From Thermodesulfobacteriota bacterium (GTDB lineage Bacteria > Desulfobacterota > Binatia > Bin18), in NCBI GenBank assembly GCA_964291405.2, contig OZ219926.1, positions 2,880,001 through 2,944,000 of the forward strand: a DNA stretch of 64,000 nt, given 5' to 3'. The notes under the pieces are model-generated. The model had not been told where the DNA came from. It saw only the letters and a program-made list of their open reading frames with translations, and searched no databases. Of the stretch, positions 10,951 to 20,059 are shown piece after piece. The translations under genes and the position numbers were made by a program. Position 1 is the stretch's first letter, and every line of letters begins with the position of its first letter.

Positions 10951-11235
10951 CTAACAAGTGCGGACGTGTGACAGATGACGGCGGGCATGGGTCATATCTC
11001 GTCGAAGCTCTTCGTCCGACAGGTCGAAGGTATCGACGCCATAGTCCGCCAGTTTTGTCAGAAATAATGGCTTGGGTACACCGGCAAACTTCGCTGCCGC
11101 ACCGGTGGATAATCGACCCATCTCATAGAGCTTGACGGCGATAAGAATCTTCGCCTCTTCGCGGAACTGGTCTGGCGACAGGCCAAGCGCCAACAAAACC
11201 TCATCGCCATAGTCAATGGTCAGGGACCTCGTCAT
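10951..11235 (-). CDS. UPF0175-family antitoxin
   Basis: AVKLYEMGRLSTGAAAKFAGV..FLTKL; overlaps a stub MPAVICHTSAL (ATG 10988) resembling a DUF3368 PIN-toxin start. Confidence 0.8.
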   Translation of the reverse strand: MTRSLTIDYGDEVLLALGLSPDQFREEAKILIAVKLYEMGRLSTGAAAKFAGVPKPLFLTKLADYGVDTFDLSDEELRRDMTHARRHLSHVRTC

Positions 11236-11406
11236 CTCCTGCTCCAGGCTGATGCCAAGTGAATATGAGAGAGCCTAGCAGAATATGCCTTTACGTACCA
11301 TGTCGTCTCGTCCAAATGGAAATAATCAGGATACTCACTTACTCGCAGGCATGGAAAAATCCGTATTATCTCGGTACAGGTTCCGTAGAATAGAGGTTCC
11401 TCATCT

Positions 11407-11648
11407 ATGAAAGCTAAAGAGTTCGACAAGAAATTCGACGATGGAGCGGTCGATATTGTCCAAGATTTGGACCTGACAACCGCACGGCGTCCGAATCAGC
11501 GCCTAGAGTAAGGGTCAACGTTGATTTCCCCGTGTGGATGATAGCCTCACTCGATAAAGAAGCGGCGCGCATTGGCGTTACTCGTCAATCCCTTATCAAG
11601 CTGTGGTTGGCGGAACGCCTCGAACAAGCGGCCCACAAGGCCCGCTAG
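11407..11648 (+). pseudogene. BrnA-like (CopG/RHH) antitoxin, frameshifted near 11510, preceded by degraded BrnT remnant
   Basis: Manual: MKAKEFDKKFDDG..DLDLTTARRPN / RVNVDFPVWMIASLDKEAARIGVTRQSLIKLWLAERL; upstream TRRHGKIRIISV at about 11341-11376. Confidence 0.75.
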
Positions 11649-11697
11649 TCAGACGACCGTTTTTGCGTACAGGATCAGGTTACAGAGACATCTGGCG

Positions 11698-12033
11698 CTA
11701 TAACGACCCCTGTTGGCCTTCAACCTCGGGCTTGCCGGGGAAGCGTTCGACCTTGATCGCGCTTTCCCTTTGTCGAGCCTGGGCAATATCGTAGCTATTC
11801 TGCATTCGCATGAGCGTGTCCATGCCAACACCGAAAGCCTTCTCGATACGCAGAGCCATTTCCGGGGAAAGCGAGGCGCGCTCGTTCAGAAGTGCCGAGA
11901 GCGCGGGCCGCGTGACGCCCAGCGCCCTTGCGGCTTCCGTAACGGAGAGCTTGAGCGGCTCGATAATTTCGGTTTTGACAAATCCACCCGGATGAGGCGG
12001 ATTCTTCAGCCTGTGGTTTTTGGATGTCTTCAT
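11698..12033 (-). CDS. higA: HigA-family addiction module antidote
   Basis: KNPPHPGGFV..LSVTEAARALGVTRPALSALLN..LSPEMALRIEKAFG. Confidence 0.9.
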   Translation of the reverse strand: MKTSKNHRLKNPPHPGGFVKTEIIEPLKLSVTEAARALGVTRPALSALLNERASLSPEMALRIEKAFGVGMDTLMRMQNSYDIAQARQRESAIKVERFPGKPEVEGQQGSL

Positions 12034-12046
12034 TGGTTTCACCCTT

Positions 12047-12145
12047 TCAGTGGTAGTCCTCGTAGTCGAGGTCAACAATAGCGGTTTTTGTCTGGTCGAT
12101 CCGAAAAGTAATGCGCCAATTGCGAGAAACGAAGAGGCTCCAGGT
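12047..12145 (-). pseudogene. C-terminal remnant of HigB toxin
   Basis: Manual translation TWSLFVSRNWRITFRIDQTKTAIVDLDYEDYH*; the N-terminal part is replaced by the adjacent methyltransferase gene. Confidence 0.8.
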
Positions 12146-12153
12146 GAGCCAGC

Positions 12154-13632
12154 CTAACGCGCAGCCTGACGCATCAGCCGATGTCCGGCCAGACGGAGGC
12201 CGCGAGCGGCCAGGGCGGTCTGCCAGCCTTCTCGGGTGCCGATCAACTCGGGCTTTTCGTACAGTCCCTTTTTCTCCTCCTGGCGGGTCAGGCGGGCGAA
12301 TTTTTCATGCAGGGGATGGTCGGTGGCGATAAAGGTTTCCTTGCGGTGCAGAATCGGCGGGTTGGGCGACTCCCGGTAGGTGCGGTAGCGAATCTTGAAC
12401 GTCTGCAAGGGCACGAGCAGCGAGCTGGCCAGGGCCGGATGGGGGTCGCGCTCGAAGTCCGGGTACGAAAGATAAGAGACCTGGGGCTGGTCGCGGTGCA
12501 GTTTGATGATATTCGCACCCTCCACCACCCCGATATACGCCCGCGCACACCCCTCAAAGGCGCGCAGAATGGGCGGGAGTTGAGACAGGGCCGATTCGTG
12601 CACGTATAAGGCCTGACGCGTCAGTTTGCCGACAGCGGCGCTCCGGCAGGCCTGATCGACCGCGACACGGTCGCCGGCGGAGAACAGCAGATCGTCGGCC
12701 AGCGAGCAGGCCCGGTTATAGGACGAGAAAAACACGCGCACATCCCGCTGGAGGTCGCGCGGGAGCTGGGTAAAGCGCGGGCGGCCCTCGAAGCGTACGA
12801 GCGCGAGATAGAGGAGCAGGTCCTGCTGGCGCTCGGCCCGGATGCTGTTCCACTCCTCATCGCCGGTGACGCGGCGGATGATGCCATAGGCCCGTTTGAG
12901 GCTGCCCAACGCCTGGCAAATCGCGTCGGTCTCGGGCAGCTCGGTGTCCTCGGGTAAGCGCCCGCGGGTGGTCAGGAATCCGATCAGCGGCTCCAGGAGT
13001 TCCTTGTGTTGCTCGAACAGAACCTCGCTGAGACGCTGGCGCGGCACCGTAAACTGGCGTCGATAGCGCGCGGCGGCAAAAGACTGGCGTTGCTGCGGGT
13101 CCCGGAACACATAGAAAATCCCCGGTCCGGCCGGCACGCTCGAAGCGCCGAGTACAGTGTCGATCCACTCGCGGAGTTCCTGCTGTTCAAAGAATTTCTG
13201 GAAGGTCCCGCGACGGGTAATGCCGCCGTCGGTGTGGGGGGTCAGCGTATCGAGCGCCGCCTCCAGGCTGAGGCGGGCGGACACGATCAGCACTTTGCGG
13301 GCCAACGCCCAGGCCCGCCGCAGAGCGTCGGTGCGCTCTCTTGGGTTTTCGATCACGTTGACCACATAGCCCAGATTCACAATATCGGCCCGTGTTCGCT
13401 CGTTGTCCGGGAAATAGGCCGGGTCCCAACCCTGGCAGGCAATCTCCCGATGTTGGAGATGCAGGATATCCGTGCCCCGCCCGCAGCCATAATCAAAGAC
13501 GCTTGTCTCTCGGGTGATGAGGCCGTCCTCAAGCGCGAGACGGACCGGACGGGAGAGGTCGGTCCGCGTGATTGCGGTACGGTGTCGCTCAATCGTGGGC
13601 GCTGCCATCGGCTCGTCGGCTGCTCGCGACAT
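12154..13632 (-). CDS. DNA phosphorothioation-associated putative methyltransferase (TIGR04096-like)
   Basis: IERHRTAITR..LSRPV..FDYGCGRG..GWDP..VNLGYVVNVIE..TFQKFFEQ..SYLSYPDFERDPHPAL..NPPILHRKE; start ATG 13632 or 13608; the upstream part of the 724-aa ORF is antisense shadow of the cupin gene. Confidence 0.85.
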   Translation of the reverse strand: MSRAADEPMAAPTIERHRTAITRTDLSRPVRLALEDGLITRETSVFDYGCGRGTDILHLQHREIACQGWDPAYFPDNERTRADIVNLGYVVNVIENPRERTDALRRAWALARKVLIVSARLSLEAALDTLTPHTDGGITRRGTFQKFFEQQELREWIDTVLGASSVPAGPGIFYVFRDPQQRQSFAAARYRRQFTVPRQRLSEVLFEQHKELLEPLIGFLTTRGRLPEDTELPETDAICQALGSLKRAYGIIRRVTGDEEWNSIRAERQQDLLLYLALVRFEGRPRFTQLPRDLQRDVRVFFSSYNRACSLADDLLFSAGDRVAVDQACRSAAVGKLTRQALYVHESALSQLPPILRAFEGCARAYIGVVEGANIIKLHRDQPQVSYLSYPDFERDPHPALASSLLVPLQTFKIRYRTYRESPNPPILHRKETFIATDHPLHEKFARLTRQEEKKGLYEKPELIGTREGWQTALAARGLRLAGHRLMRQAAR

Positions 13633-13782
13633 GAATTGCCGAGCAGAGTTCTCCGGCTGGTCACTATAATCCTGGTCCAACACGTTCTCAATATCGCGCT
13701 GTTGCTGCCTGACCCCTTGCACACTTTTGTCCGGCCTGACTACAATGGCTAACCGAATCGAGGAGCAAAGGAGGGACTCGGA

Positions 13783-14298
13783 ATGGCAAAAGCGAAACAA
13801 GTATTTGATGCGTTGGATGCGGCCCTGGTGCGGACCGATGCAGAAGAGTGGATTCAGAGCGGCGACGGGAATCAGTTCAAGGTGCTGCGGATCAGTAAAG
13901 AGACGGGTGCCTGGAGTGCGCTTATCAAGGCCGACAAGGGCCAGGTGAATCCGCCCCATACGCATCTGGGCGCGGCCGACTTCTACGTCATCTCCGGGGG
14001 CTTCGACTACCGGGGCGGGTCTGCGCGGGCCGGAGACTGGGTCTACGAACCGGCCGGTGCGGTGCATGAAGCAACTTCCCATCCGGTTGATACCATCTAT
14101 CTGGCCAACGTCTATGGGCCGGTCGGCTTCCACGACGAGAACGGCAATATCGCCCATGTGCTGGACTGGCGGACGATTCAGCTCATGGTTGATGAGGCCA
14201 AAAAGAAGCGGACTAAAGCCAAGGCCAAGCGGAGCACCAAAAAGCGCGCGACCGCGAAAGCCGCCAAAACCACCCGGAGCCGGAGAAAAGCCGCCTAG
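13783..14298 (+). CDS. Cupin protein (ChrR/2,4'-dihydroxyacetophenone dioxygenase-like) with Lys/Arg/Ala-rich tail
   Basis: PHTHLG..YVISG..AGDWVYEPAGAVH. Confidence 0.8.
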   Translation: MAKAKQVFDALDAALVRTDAEEWIQSGDGNQFKVLRISKETGAWSALIKADKGQVNPPHTHLGAADFYVISGGFDYRGGSARAGDWVYEPAGAVHEATSHPVDTIYLANVYGPVGFHDENGNIAHVLDWRTIQLMVDEAKKKRTKAKAKRSTKKRATAKAAKTTRSRRKAA

Positions 14299-14321
14299 CA
14301 GACAGAGAAGCAGAGGAACAC

Positions 14322-15959
14322 ATGGCAACGTCTTCTCACGATCCGCAGCCCGTCGGCACCCAGGCGGCCGATCAGTTTGACGCCATCGTCATCGGGGCCG
14401 GGGTGGCCGGTCTGTACCAGCTCTACCGACTGCGGGAGCTGGGGCTCTCGGTACGGGTGTACGAGACCGGCACCGGTGTGGGCGGGACCTGGTATTGGAA
14501 CCGCTATCCGGGCGCGCGTTTCGATTCCGAGAGCTATACCTATGGCTATTCGTTCTCGGAGGAACTCTTGCAGGAGTGGGACTGGAGCGAACACTTTGCC
14601 GGCCAGCCCGAGACCGAGCGCTATCTCAATCATGTGGCGGACAAGTTCGATCTCCGCCGCGACATCCGGTTCAGCACCCGCGTCACTGCGGCAAGCTATG
14701 ACGAGGCCACACACTGCTGGCAGGTCCGGACCGACACCGGCGAGCGGGTGCAGGCGCGATTTCTGATTACCGCCATCGGCGTCCTGTCCGCGCCGTATAC
14801 TCCCGACTTTGCGGGCCGTGACAGCTTTACCGGCCCGAGTTTCCATACGGGCCAGTGGCCCAAGGAGCCCCTGGACTTCAGCGACAAGCGGGTGTGTGTC
14901 ATCGGCACCGGTGCGACCGCCGTCCAACTCATCACCGAAGTCGCCAAGAATGTAGGCCAGTTGACCGTGTTCCAGCGCACGCCCAATTACTGCGCGCCGC
15001 TGAGGAACGGACCGATAGACCCCGAGACCCAGCAGCAAATCAAAGCCAACTATCCCGAGATTTTCAAACGCTGCCGGGAGACCTTTGCCAGCTTTCTGCA
15101 CGACTTTGATACGCGCTCGGCGCTCGAAGTGTCCGAGGAAGAACGGCTGGCGCGCTACGAAGAGCTGTGGGCCCAGCCCGGTTTCGCCAAATGGTTCGGC
15201 AACTTCGGCGACACCATGTCTGACCTGAAGGCCAACGCCACCATGACGGAGTTTGTCCGCAATAAGATCCGCGAGCGGGTCAACGACCCGGTGGTCGCCG
15301 AAAAGCTGGTGCCCAAGGACCACCCCTGGGGAACCAAGCGCGTCCCCTTAGAGAGCGGCTATTACGAGGCGTATAATCGGGACAACGTGGTCCTGGTTGA
15401 CCTCAACGAGACCCCGATCGAACGCATCACCCCCACGGGCGTCAAGACCAGCGACGCCGAGTATGCGTGCGATGTCATCGTGTACGCCACGGGCTTCGAT
15501 GCGGTCACCGGAGCGTTTAATAAGATCGATATTCGCGGGGTAGGCGGCCGGACGCTCAAGGACAAGTGGGCCGACGGGCCGCGCACCTATCTCGGCTTGC
15601 AGAGTGCCGGCTTCCCCAACCTGTTCACGGTTGTCGGTCCTCACAACGGGGCCACCTTCTGCAATATCCCGCGCTGTATCGAGCAGAACGTCGAGTGGGT
15701 GACCGATTGCCTGCGCTATATGCGCGAGCACGATTATGCCCAGATCGTTGCGACCCCGGAGGCCGAAGCCGACTGGACGGCTCACGTCGATGAGGTGGCC
15801 CAGGACACGATTCTACTCGATACCCCCTCCTGGTTTGTGGGGGCGAATATCCCCGGCAAAAAACGGACCTTCCTCATGTATGCCGGCGGCTCCCCGGCCT
15901 ACCGGAAAAAATGCGACGAGGTTGCGGAACAGGGCTACGACGGGTTTGTGTTGAAATAA
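14322..15959 (+). CDS. Baeyer-Villiger monooxygenase
   Basis: GAGVAG, GGTWYWNRYPGARFD, BVMO fingerprint FTGPSFHTGQW, IGTGAT, ATGFDA. Confidence 0.93.
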   Translation: MATSSHDPQPVGTQAADQFDAIVIGAGVAGLYQLYRLRELGLSVRVYETGTGVGGTWYWNRYPGARFDSESYTYGYSFSEELLQEWDWSEHFAGQPETERYLNHVADKFDLRRDIRFSTRVTAASYDEATHCWQVRTDTGERVQARFLITAIGVLSAPYTPDFAGRDSFTGPSFHTGQWPKEPLDFSDKRVCVIGTGATAVQLITEVAKNVGQLTVFQRTPNYCAPLRNGPIDPETQQQIKANYPEIFKRCRETFASFLHDFDTRSALEVSEEERLARYEELWAQPGFAKWFGNFGDTMSDLKANATMTEFVRNKIRERVNDPVVAEKLVPKDHPWGTKRVPLESGYYEAYNRDNVVLVDLNETPIERITPTGVKTSDAEYACDVIVYATGFDAVTGAFNKIDIRGVGGRTLKDKWADGPRTYLGLQSAGFPNLFTVVGPHNGATFCNIPRCIEQNVEWVTDCLRYMREHDYAQIVATPEAEADWTAHVDEVAQDTILLDTPSWFVGANIPGKKRTFLMYAGGSPAYRKKCDEVAEQGYDGFVLK

Positions 15960-15999
15960 AGTGGCGCTGTCAGATTCTCAAACGAGGCCATTGAACACC

Positions 16000-17175
16000 T
16001 CAGTGCGGAGAGTCTGCTGTTCGCTCGGCTCCTGATTGTTGAGTGGTTGGGGGTAGGTGTACCCCATCAAGATACACCGCCACCGGCCGGGAAAGCGTCA
16101 GAAGATCGCGTTCAGGGTCTGCGTCGAGAATGAGAAAGCTGGCGGCGTGCCCGGCGGCGAGGGTACCAAGACCGTCCCCGAAACCCCAAAATTGTGCTGG
16201 TATCGTCGTCCCGGCAGCGAGAATTGCTTCATTATCAAGACCGGCCTTGCCCAAGAGTTCGAGCTCCTGGGGATTAATCCCAGGGAAGGTCGTATAGCCC
16301 ATGTCCGTACCGTACAGCACGGTGGCCCCGCCGGCCCGCAAACGGCGCAGGTTCTCCGCCGGCTCGGCTAAATCGGGGAAGGCGGCCAGGGTGGAAATGA
16401 CCGCGCGTCCGGACCACGCCTGCACTGTCGGATCGCTGAGGGGGTCGGTTGGGGTATGTGCCAGCACATCGACCCCAGCCACCGCCGCTCGCAGCACATC
16501 AATATCATTAAGCGCGTGCGCGACAACGCGCATGCCATATGAATGCGCTTGGTCGGCAATGGCCTTCATTTCCTGATCGCTGAGTATGGAGGGGTTTTTC
16601 GCCATTGAGAGGGCGCCCCCACCTGTTGCGTCGCCAACCGGCAGCTTGATAACCCGCGCTCCTGCCGCATGCAGGTGGTCCACCGCTGCTCGGGCCGCCT
16701 GCACCCCACTAATTTCCATTCCGTAGCCATCGCTTCCCCAGCTCCGGGTTGGGTAGCCGGTGAGGGCGGTCACCATCGGGCCGGCAAGTAGTGTTTGGAG
16801 CGGACTCAGATTTTTGGTCAGGAACGCAATCGGAGCGGCCAAATCAACCGCCGCCGCGATACCCCCACGCGCGAGTTCAGGAGCACTGAAGCGGTAGGCT
16901 AAATGCACGTGGCTGTCGATAAAGGCGGGCGCAAGATAACGGCCGGTGGCGTTCACGGTGCGTAGAGTATTGCTGGGCGCTGCCGATGTAATCTCTTCGA
17001 TGCGGCCAGCCCGAACGACCAGCGTTGCTTTCCCGTGGCCCACAATATGTCCACCGACCACCGCAAAGGTTGGGGTATTTTCTTCGTGAGGGGATACGCG
17101 CTCGTCAGCCAAGAGCGTGGACGCCATCATCAGAGCACTCAAGGCAGCATAGAAGATTGCTGCGTACATAGACAA
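16000..17175 (-). CDS. Amidohydrolase family protein, probably secreted (start uncertain)
   Basis: PAFIDSHVH, VVAHA, YGTDMG, GTLAAGHAASF. Confidence 0.82.
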   Translation of the reverse strand: MSMYAAIFYAALSALMMASTLLADERVSPHEENTPTFAVVGGHIVGHGKATLVVRAGRIEEITSAAPSNTLRTVNATGRYLAPAFIDSHVHLAYRFSAPELARGGIAAAVDLAAPIAFLTKNLSPLQTLLAGPMVTALTGYPTRSWGSDGYGMEISGVQAARAAVDHLHAAGARVIKLPVGDATGGGALSMAKNPSILSDQEMKAIADQAHSYGMRVVAHALNDIDVLRAAVAGVDVLAHTPTDPLSDPTVQAWSGRAVISTLAAFPDLAEPAENLRRLRAGGATVLYGTDMGYTTFPGINPQELELLGKAGLDNEAILAAGTTIPAQFWGFGDGLGTLAAGHAASFLILDADPERDLLTLSRPVAVYLDGVHLPPTTQQSGAERTADSPH

Positions 17176-17243
17176 AAACCTCTGCCTTTCAAGCGGACGG
17201 ATGGAGGGATGCCGGCCTGCATCCGCTCGCAGAGCGAGGGCGT

Positions 17244-18026
17244 CTATCGGCGATCAATGAAGACGCGCTCTTTGGCTATCCACATGGCCGAGCGCGGAAA
17301 ATCAATGAAGTGGGACTCATCCTCGACCGCGATCTCCATGGCCCGTTTGGCTTCCGGGATGTTGGCCAGCGTGGCCAGGTCGGCCCGGTTGAACCAGGCT
17401 TCGGCGTGGCCGGTGTAGGGTGGGGTGGTTGTCCCGCGGCTGGCCCGCAGCTGGTCTTCCAACTCGTCTGCGTAGTAGTGCACCTGGAAATAGCGCTGCA
17501 TGCCCATGCCCTGGGCTACGCCTCGAATGACCGGGCCGTGGTTGGTACGCCAGTAGAGCTGGGCCTGTTCGAGGCTGAGATGCTCCGGATGGCGCAAACA
17601 AAAGAAAATTTTCACCAACGGGCCGGATTCTCGGGCCACCATTTCTTCCGGTATCGGGTTGACCTGCGGGTATTCGTAGTTGAACCACAACGGCGAATGG
17701 GCCAGGTCGATGAAGCGCGCCTCATCCTCGACGAGTTCTTTTGCCGCGGCCCGGCCGTCCGCGTTGTCCAGGCCTGAGGTGAGCGCCGCGCGGTTGGGCC
17801 ACCACACCTCCGCCACGCCGTCATAGGGTTCCTCCATGCCGCCTCGGGCTTCCGCGAGCTGGTCGTTAATGGGGTCGTCCAGGGTGTGCACCTGGACGTA
17901 GCGCAGCATGTTCAGCGCGGTGGAACTCTTTGCCACTAGGGGGCCGTGGACGTTACGCCAGTACTCTTGGAATTCGGCCCGTGACATCTCCGGTTTGCGA
18001 CGCAGGACAAAGGTCAAACGAATCAT
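17244..18026 (-). CDS. Tandem EthD-domain protein
   Basis: Two repeats: EFQEYWRNVHGPLV..YDGVAEVW..DEARFID and LYWRTNHGPVI..YTGHAEAW..DESHFID. Confidence 0.85.
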   Translation of the reverse strand: MIRLTFVLRRKPEMSRAEFQEYWRNVHGPLVAKSSTALNMLRYVQVHTLDDPINDQLAEARGGMEEPYDGVAEVWWPNRAALTSGLDNADGRAAAKELVEDEARFIDLAHSPLWFNYEYPQVNPIPEEMVARESGPLVKIFFCLRHPEHLSLEQAQLYWRTNHGPVIRGVAQGMGMQRYFQVHYYADELEDQLRASRGTTTPPYTGHAEAWFNRADLATLANIPEAKRAMEIAVEDESHFIDFPRSAMWIAKERVFIDRR

Positions 18027-18152
18027 GTGATACCTCCTTTTTTTGGTCAGGACAGCGGAGCGTCGAGTGGTGAGTCGTCACCTGGGCCGCCGGTGTCCAG
18101 CCGCCGTCATAGCGCGTCGGACCGGGGCCGTAAAGCGTTGGGCGAGTCCGCC

Positions 18153-19418
18153 TCAACCCAGCAGGTCCTCATCCCGGCGTACATAGAGGTCTGCCGCTGC
18201 CTGGACCTCGGCCTGATTATCGGGTCGGCCGTTGCTCACCAGAATCGGCGAGTCGCCGGTGCTACCGAGATCGTTGGCAAGCACACGGGCGGTGACCTTA
18301 TTCCGGCTGGTGTGACTGTGCGCCGTTCCGCCTGCGCCCTGCATGACAACGGCCGGAGACTTGCCGTTGAAAACATTCCGGGAGAGCGTCGCGACAACCT
18401 CGTTGTCCGTGGTCTCGACGTTGTCCAGGCCGGACCCACCGACCAGACGGACCGCGTGTGCCTTCCAGTCGGCGATCTCATTCCGATCAATCACAATGCG
18501 ACAGGTGTTATGCCGGGCCTCTCCCAGCGCCCCGTGAACGGCGATGCCCACCGGACTGTTGGTAATCGTATTGCCCGAAAGCAGGGCGGTGAGCTGGCCG
18601 TGCTGGGGTACTTTCTCCGCCAGGGGAATGGCGGTCAGGATGTTGATACCAAACTGCTTGTTACCCCGGAGGGTGTTGTCCGCGACGGTCAGCGCCTGCC
18701 GATTGGACGACGGTCCGAAAGAACACGAGAACAGCAGGCCGCCCCGTTCACAGTCTTCAATCGTATTGCGCAGGATCGCGGCGTCAAAGGACACCGCGTC
18801 CGGTTCGGGAAAGAAACAGATAAAGGCGAGACCGTCGGCAAAGCAGCGGCGCATGGTATTGCCGGTAATGAGGAGATGGTTGCGCTGGTCGGCCCGGGCT
18901 TCGGCAAAAATATGGTGGCCCTGGCGCGCGCCCGTTCCGCGCGGCAGGGATGGCTCGAAGCGTTCCAGTCCGTTGTCTGAAAAATCACAGTCTGTTATGG
19001 TCGCCGCAGTGACCCCGCATAAGAAAATACCGTGATCCCCGTGGTTGCTGATCGTGCACGCGCGAACCGTAACCGAGGCGGACGGGGGAACGCCAATTCC
19101 GTGCCCACCGCCCTGGGTGACGGTCACGCCACTCAGACTCGTCCCGTCTGCGAGGACGACGACCGACTGCTCCGGTTGGATCGGATGAAAGGACGGGGCG
19201 AAGTGTCCCTCTCCGTCAATAATGCATTCCTGTCTGGCAGCGCCTTGAACCCGGACGCCGGGCGGAACGGTTAAGGGCAAACGCTCTCCGGTCAGAGACG
19301 GGGAGTAGCGGCCGGGCTCGATCAGGATAACATCGTCCGGCTGAGCCTGCCGGAGGGCTTCTGAGAGCGAACGCGCATCGGCATGAGCCGCGTGAGGCGA
19401 GACAAAAATCGTCTTCAT
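18153..19418 (-). CDS. Right-handed parallel beta-helix protein (DUF1565-like)
   Basis: SLSEALRQAQPDDVILIEPGRY N-terminus; repeated N..GI/GNT strands. Confidence 0.75.
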   Translation of the reverse strand: MKTIFVSPHAAHADARSLSEALRQAQPDDVILIEPGRYSPSLTGERLPLTVPPGVRVQGAARQECIIDGEGHFAPSFHPIQPEQSVVVLADGTSLSGVTVTQGGGHGIGVPPSASVTVRACTISNHGDHGIFLCGVTAATITDCDFSDNGLERFEPSLPRGTGARQGHHIFAEARADQRNHLLITGNTMRRCFADGLAFICFFPEPDAVSFDAAILRNTIEDCERGGLLFSCSFGPSSNRQALTVADNTLRGNKQFGINILTAIPLAEKVPQHGQLTALLSGNTITNSPVGIAVHGALGEARHNTCRIVIDRNEIADWKAHAVRLVGGSGLDNVETTDNEVVATLSRNVFNGKSPAVVMQGAGGTAHSHTSRNKVTARVLANDLGSTGDSPILVSNGRPDNQAEVQAAADLYVRRDEDLLG

Positions 19419-19490
19419 CGTTCTTCCTTAAAGGTGCCGGTCGGCATGAAAAAGGTACTGAAACGCCTGGAAAACATACGGAGAAGGGTC

Positions 19491-19521
19491 AAAAAAAGGC
19501 CCGAATGAAAACATCCGGGCC
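19491..19521 (-). terminator. Minus-strand intrinsic terminator
   Basis: Minus strand reads GGCCCGGATG-TTTT-CATTCGGGCC-T7; its G-U pair forms only on this strand. Confidence 0.75.
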
Positions 19522-19612
19522 TAGGGCTCAAGACGGCGGGGTTCCCACACTCCGGACGTCTCTACGCACCCAGCACCCTAGCGAACTCCACCCCCAGGGT
19601 CAATACCTGAAG
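19491..19612 (-). ncRNA. Candidate small RNA of about 120 nt
   Basis: 5' hairpin CTTCAGG/CCTGGGG, CTAGGG/CCCTAG and GAGACG/CGTCTT stems, terminator; the 5' end is an estimate. Confidence 0.5.
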
Positions 19613-19782
19613 ATTCACAAAAAGTATTGTTTGTGTCGCATTGGTCCAGAGCTGCGGGGCGAATTTAGAACATTCTGTTATTTTGGGACAGCTATTTTTA
19701 ACAACACCATTTTAAGTTGACGAACTCCTTATTTCAAAAGGACTTTTTTTTGAAAAAACTTTTCCAAAATGCCATTTGGTTA

Positions 19783-19811
19783 TTGACGCTTTTCTGTTGT
19801 TTTGGTAAAAA
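19783..19811 (+). promoter_or_regulatory. Sigma70-like promoter
   Basis: TTGACG-17nt-TAAAAA in an AT-rich tract. Confidence 0.6.
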
Positions 19812-19816
19812 ATTGT

Positions 19817-20047
19817 TCCAGAAAGAGCTTTGCCTAGGGTTCACGGTCAGGAATGGGGTTCCCAACCAAGAATGGAAGTCGTTGAAAATGAGCGTAAGGG
19901 AGCGAATGCGCTTCCCTAGCGGTTCTTTGAACTTCCACACTCCGGACGCGGACGCTACTGCGAGGTAGACAGGATCAACCCGGAAGTTGATCCACAGGCG
20001 AGCGAATTCAAACGAGGAAGGCCCTGTGAAGGGCCTTCCTATTTTTT
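19817..20047 (+). ncRNA. Candidate structured RNA or leader of about 230 nt
   Basis: Lies between promoter and terminator; helices GGAAGT/ACTTCC, GGGAGCG/CGCTTCCC, GGATCAAC/GTTGATCC; no convincing ORF. Confidence 0.55.
20015..20047 (+). terminator. Intrinsic terminator
   Basis: 11-bp perfect stem AGGAAGGCCCT-GTGA-AGGGCCTTCCT followed by ATTTTTT. Confidence 0.85.
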
Positions 20048-20059
20048 AGGTAGTAACTC

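Noticed and set aside
13633-14328. N-terminal third of the 724-aa methyltransferase ORF
   Set aside because: Antisense shadow of the plus-strand cupin gene; family similarity begins near IERHRTA
19505-19968. Short ORFs 19505-19720, 19717-19968 and 19734-19940
   Set aside because: They cross promoter-like AT tracts and RNA helices, with no RBS or protein-like features
19817-20047. Known riboswitch, SRP, tmRNA or 6S identity for the large RNA
   Set aside because: Hallmark motifs for lysine, cobalamin and SRP RNAs and tRNA-like ends were not seen; 6S and CsrB-like (several GGA) cannot be excluded without cmscan
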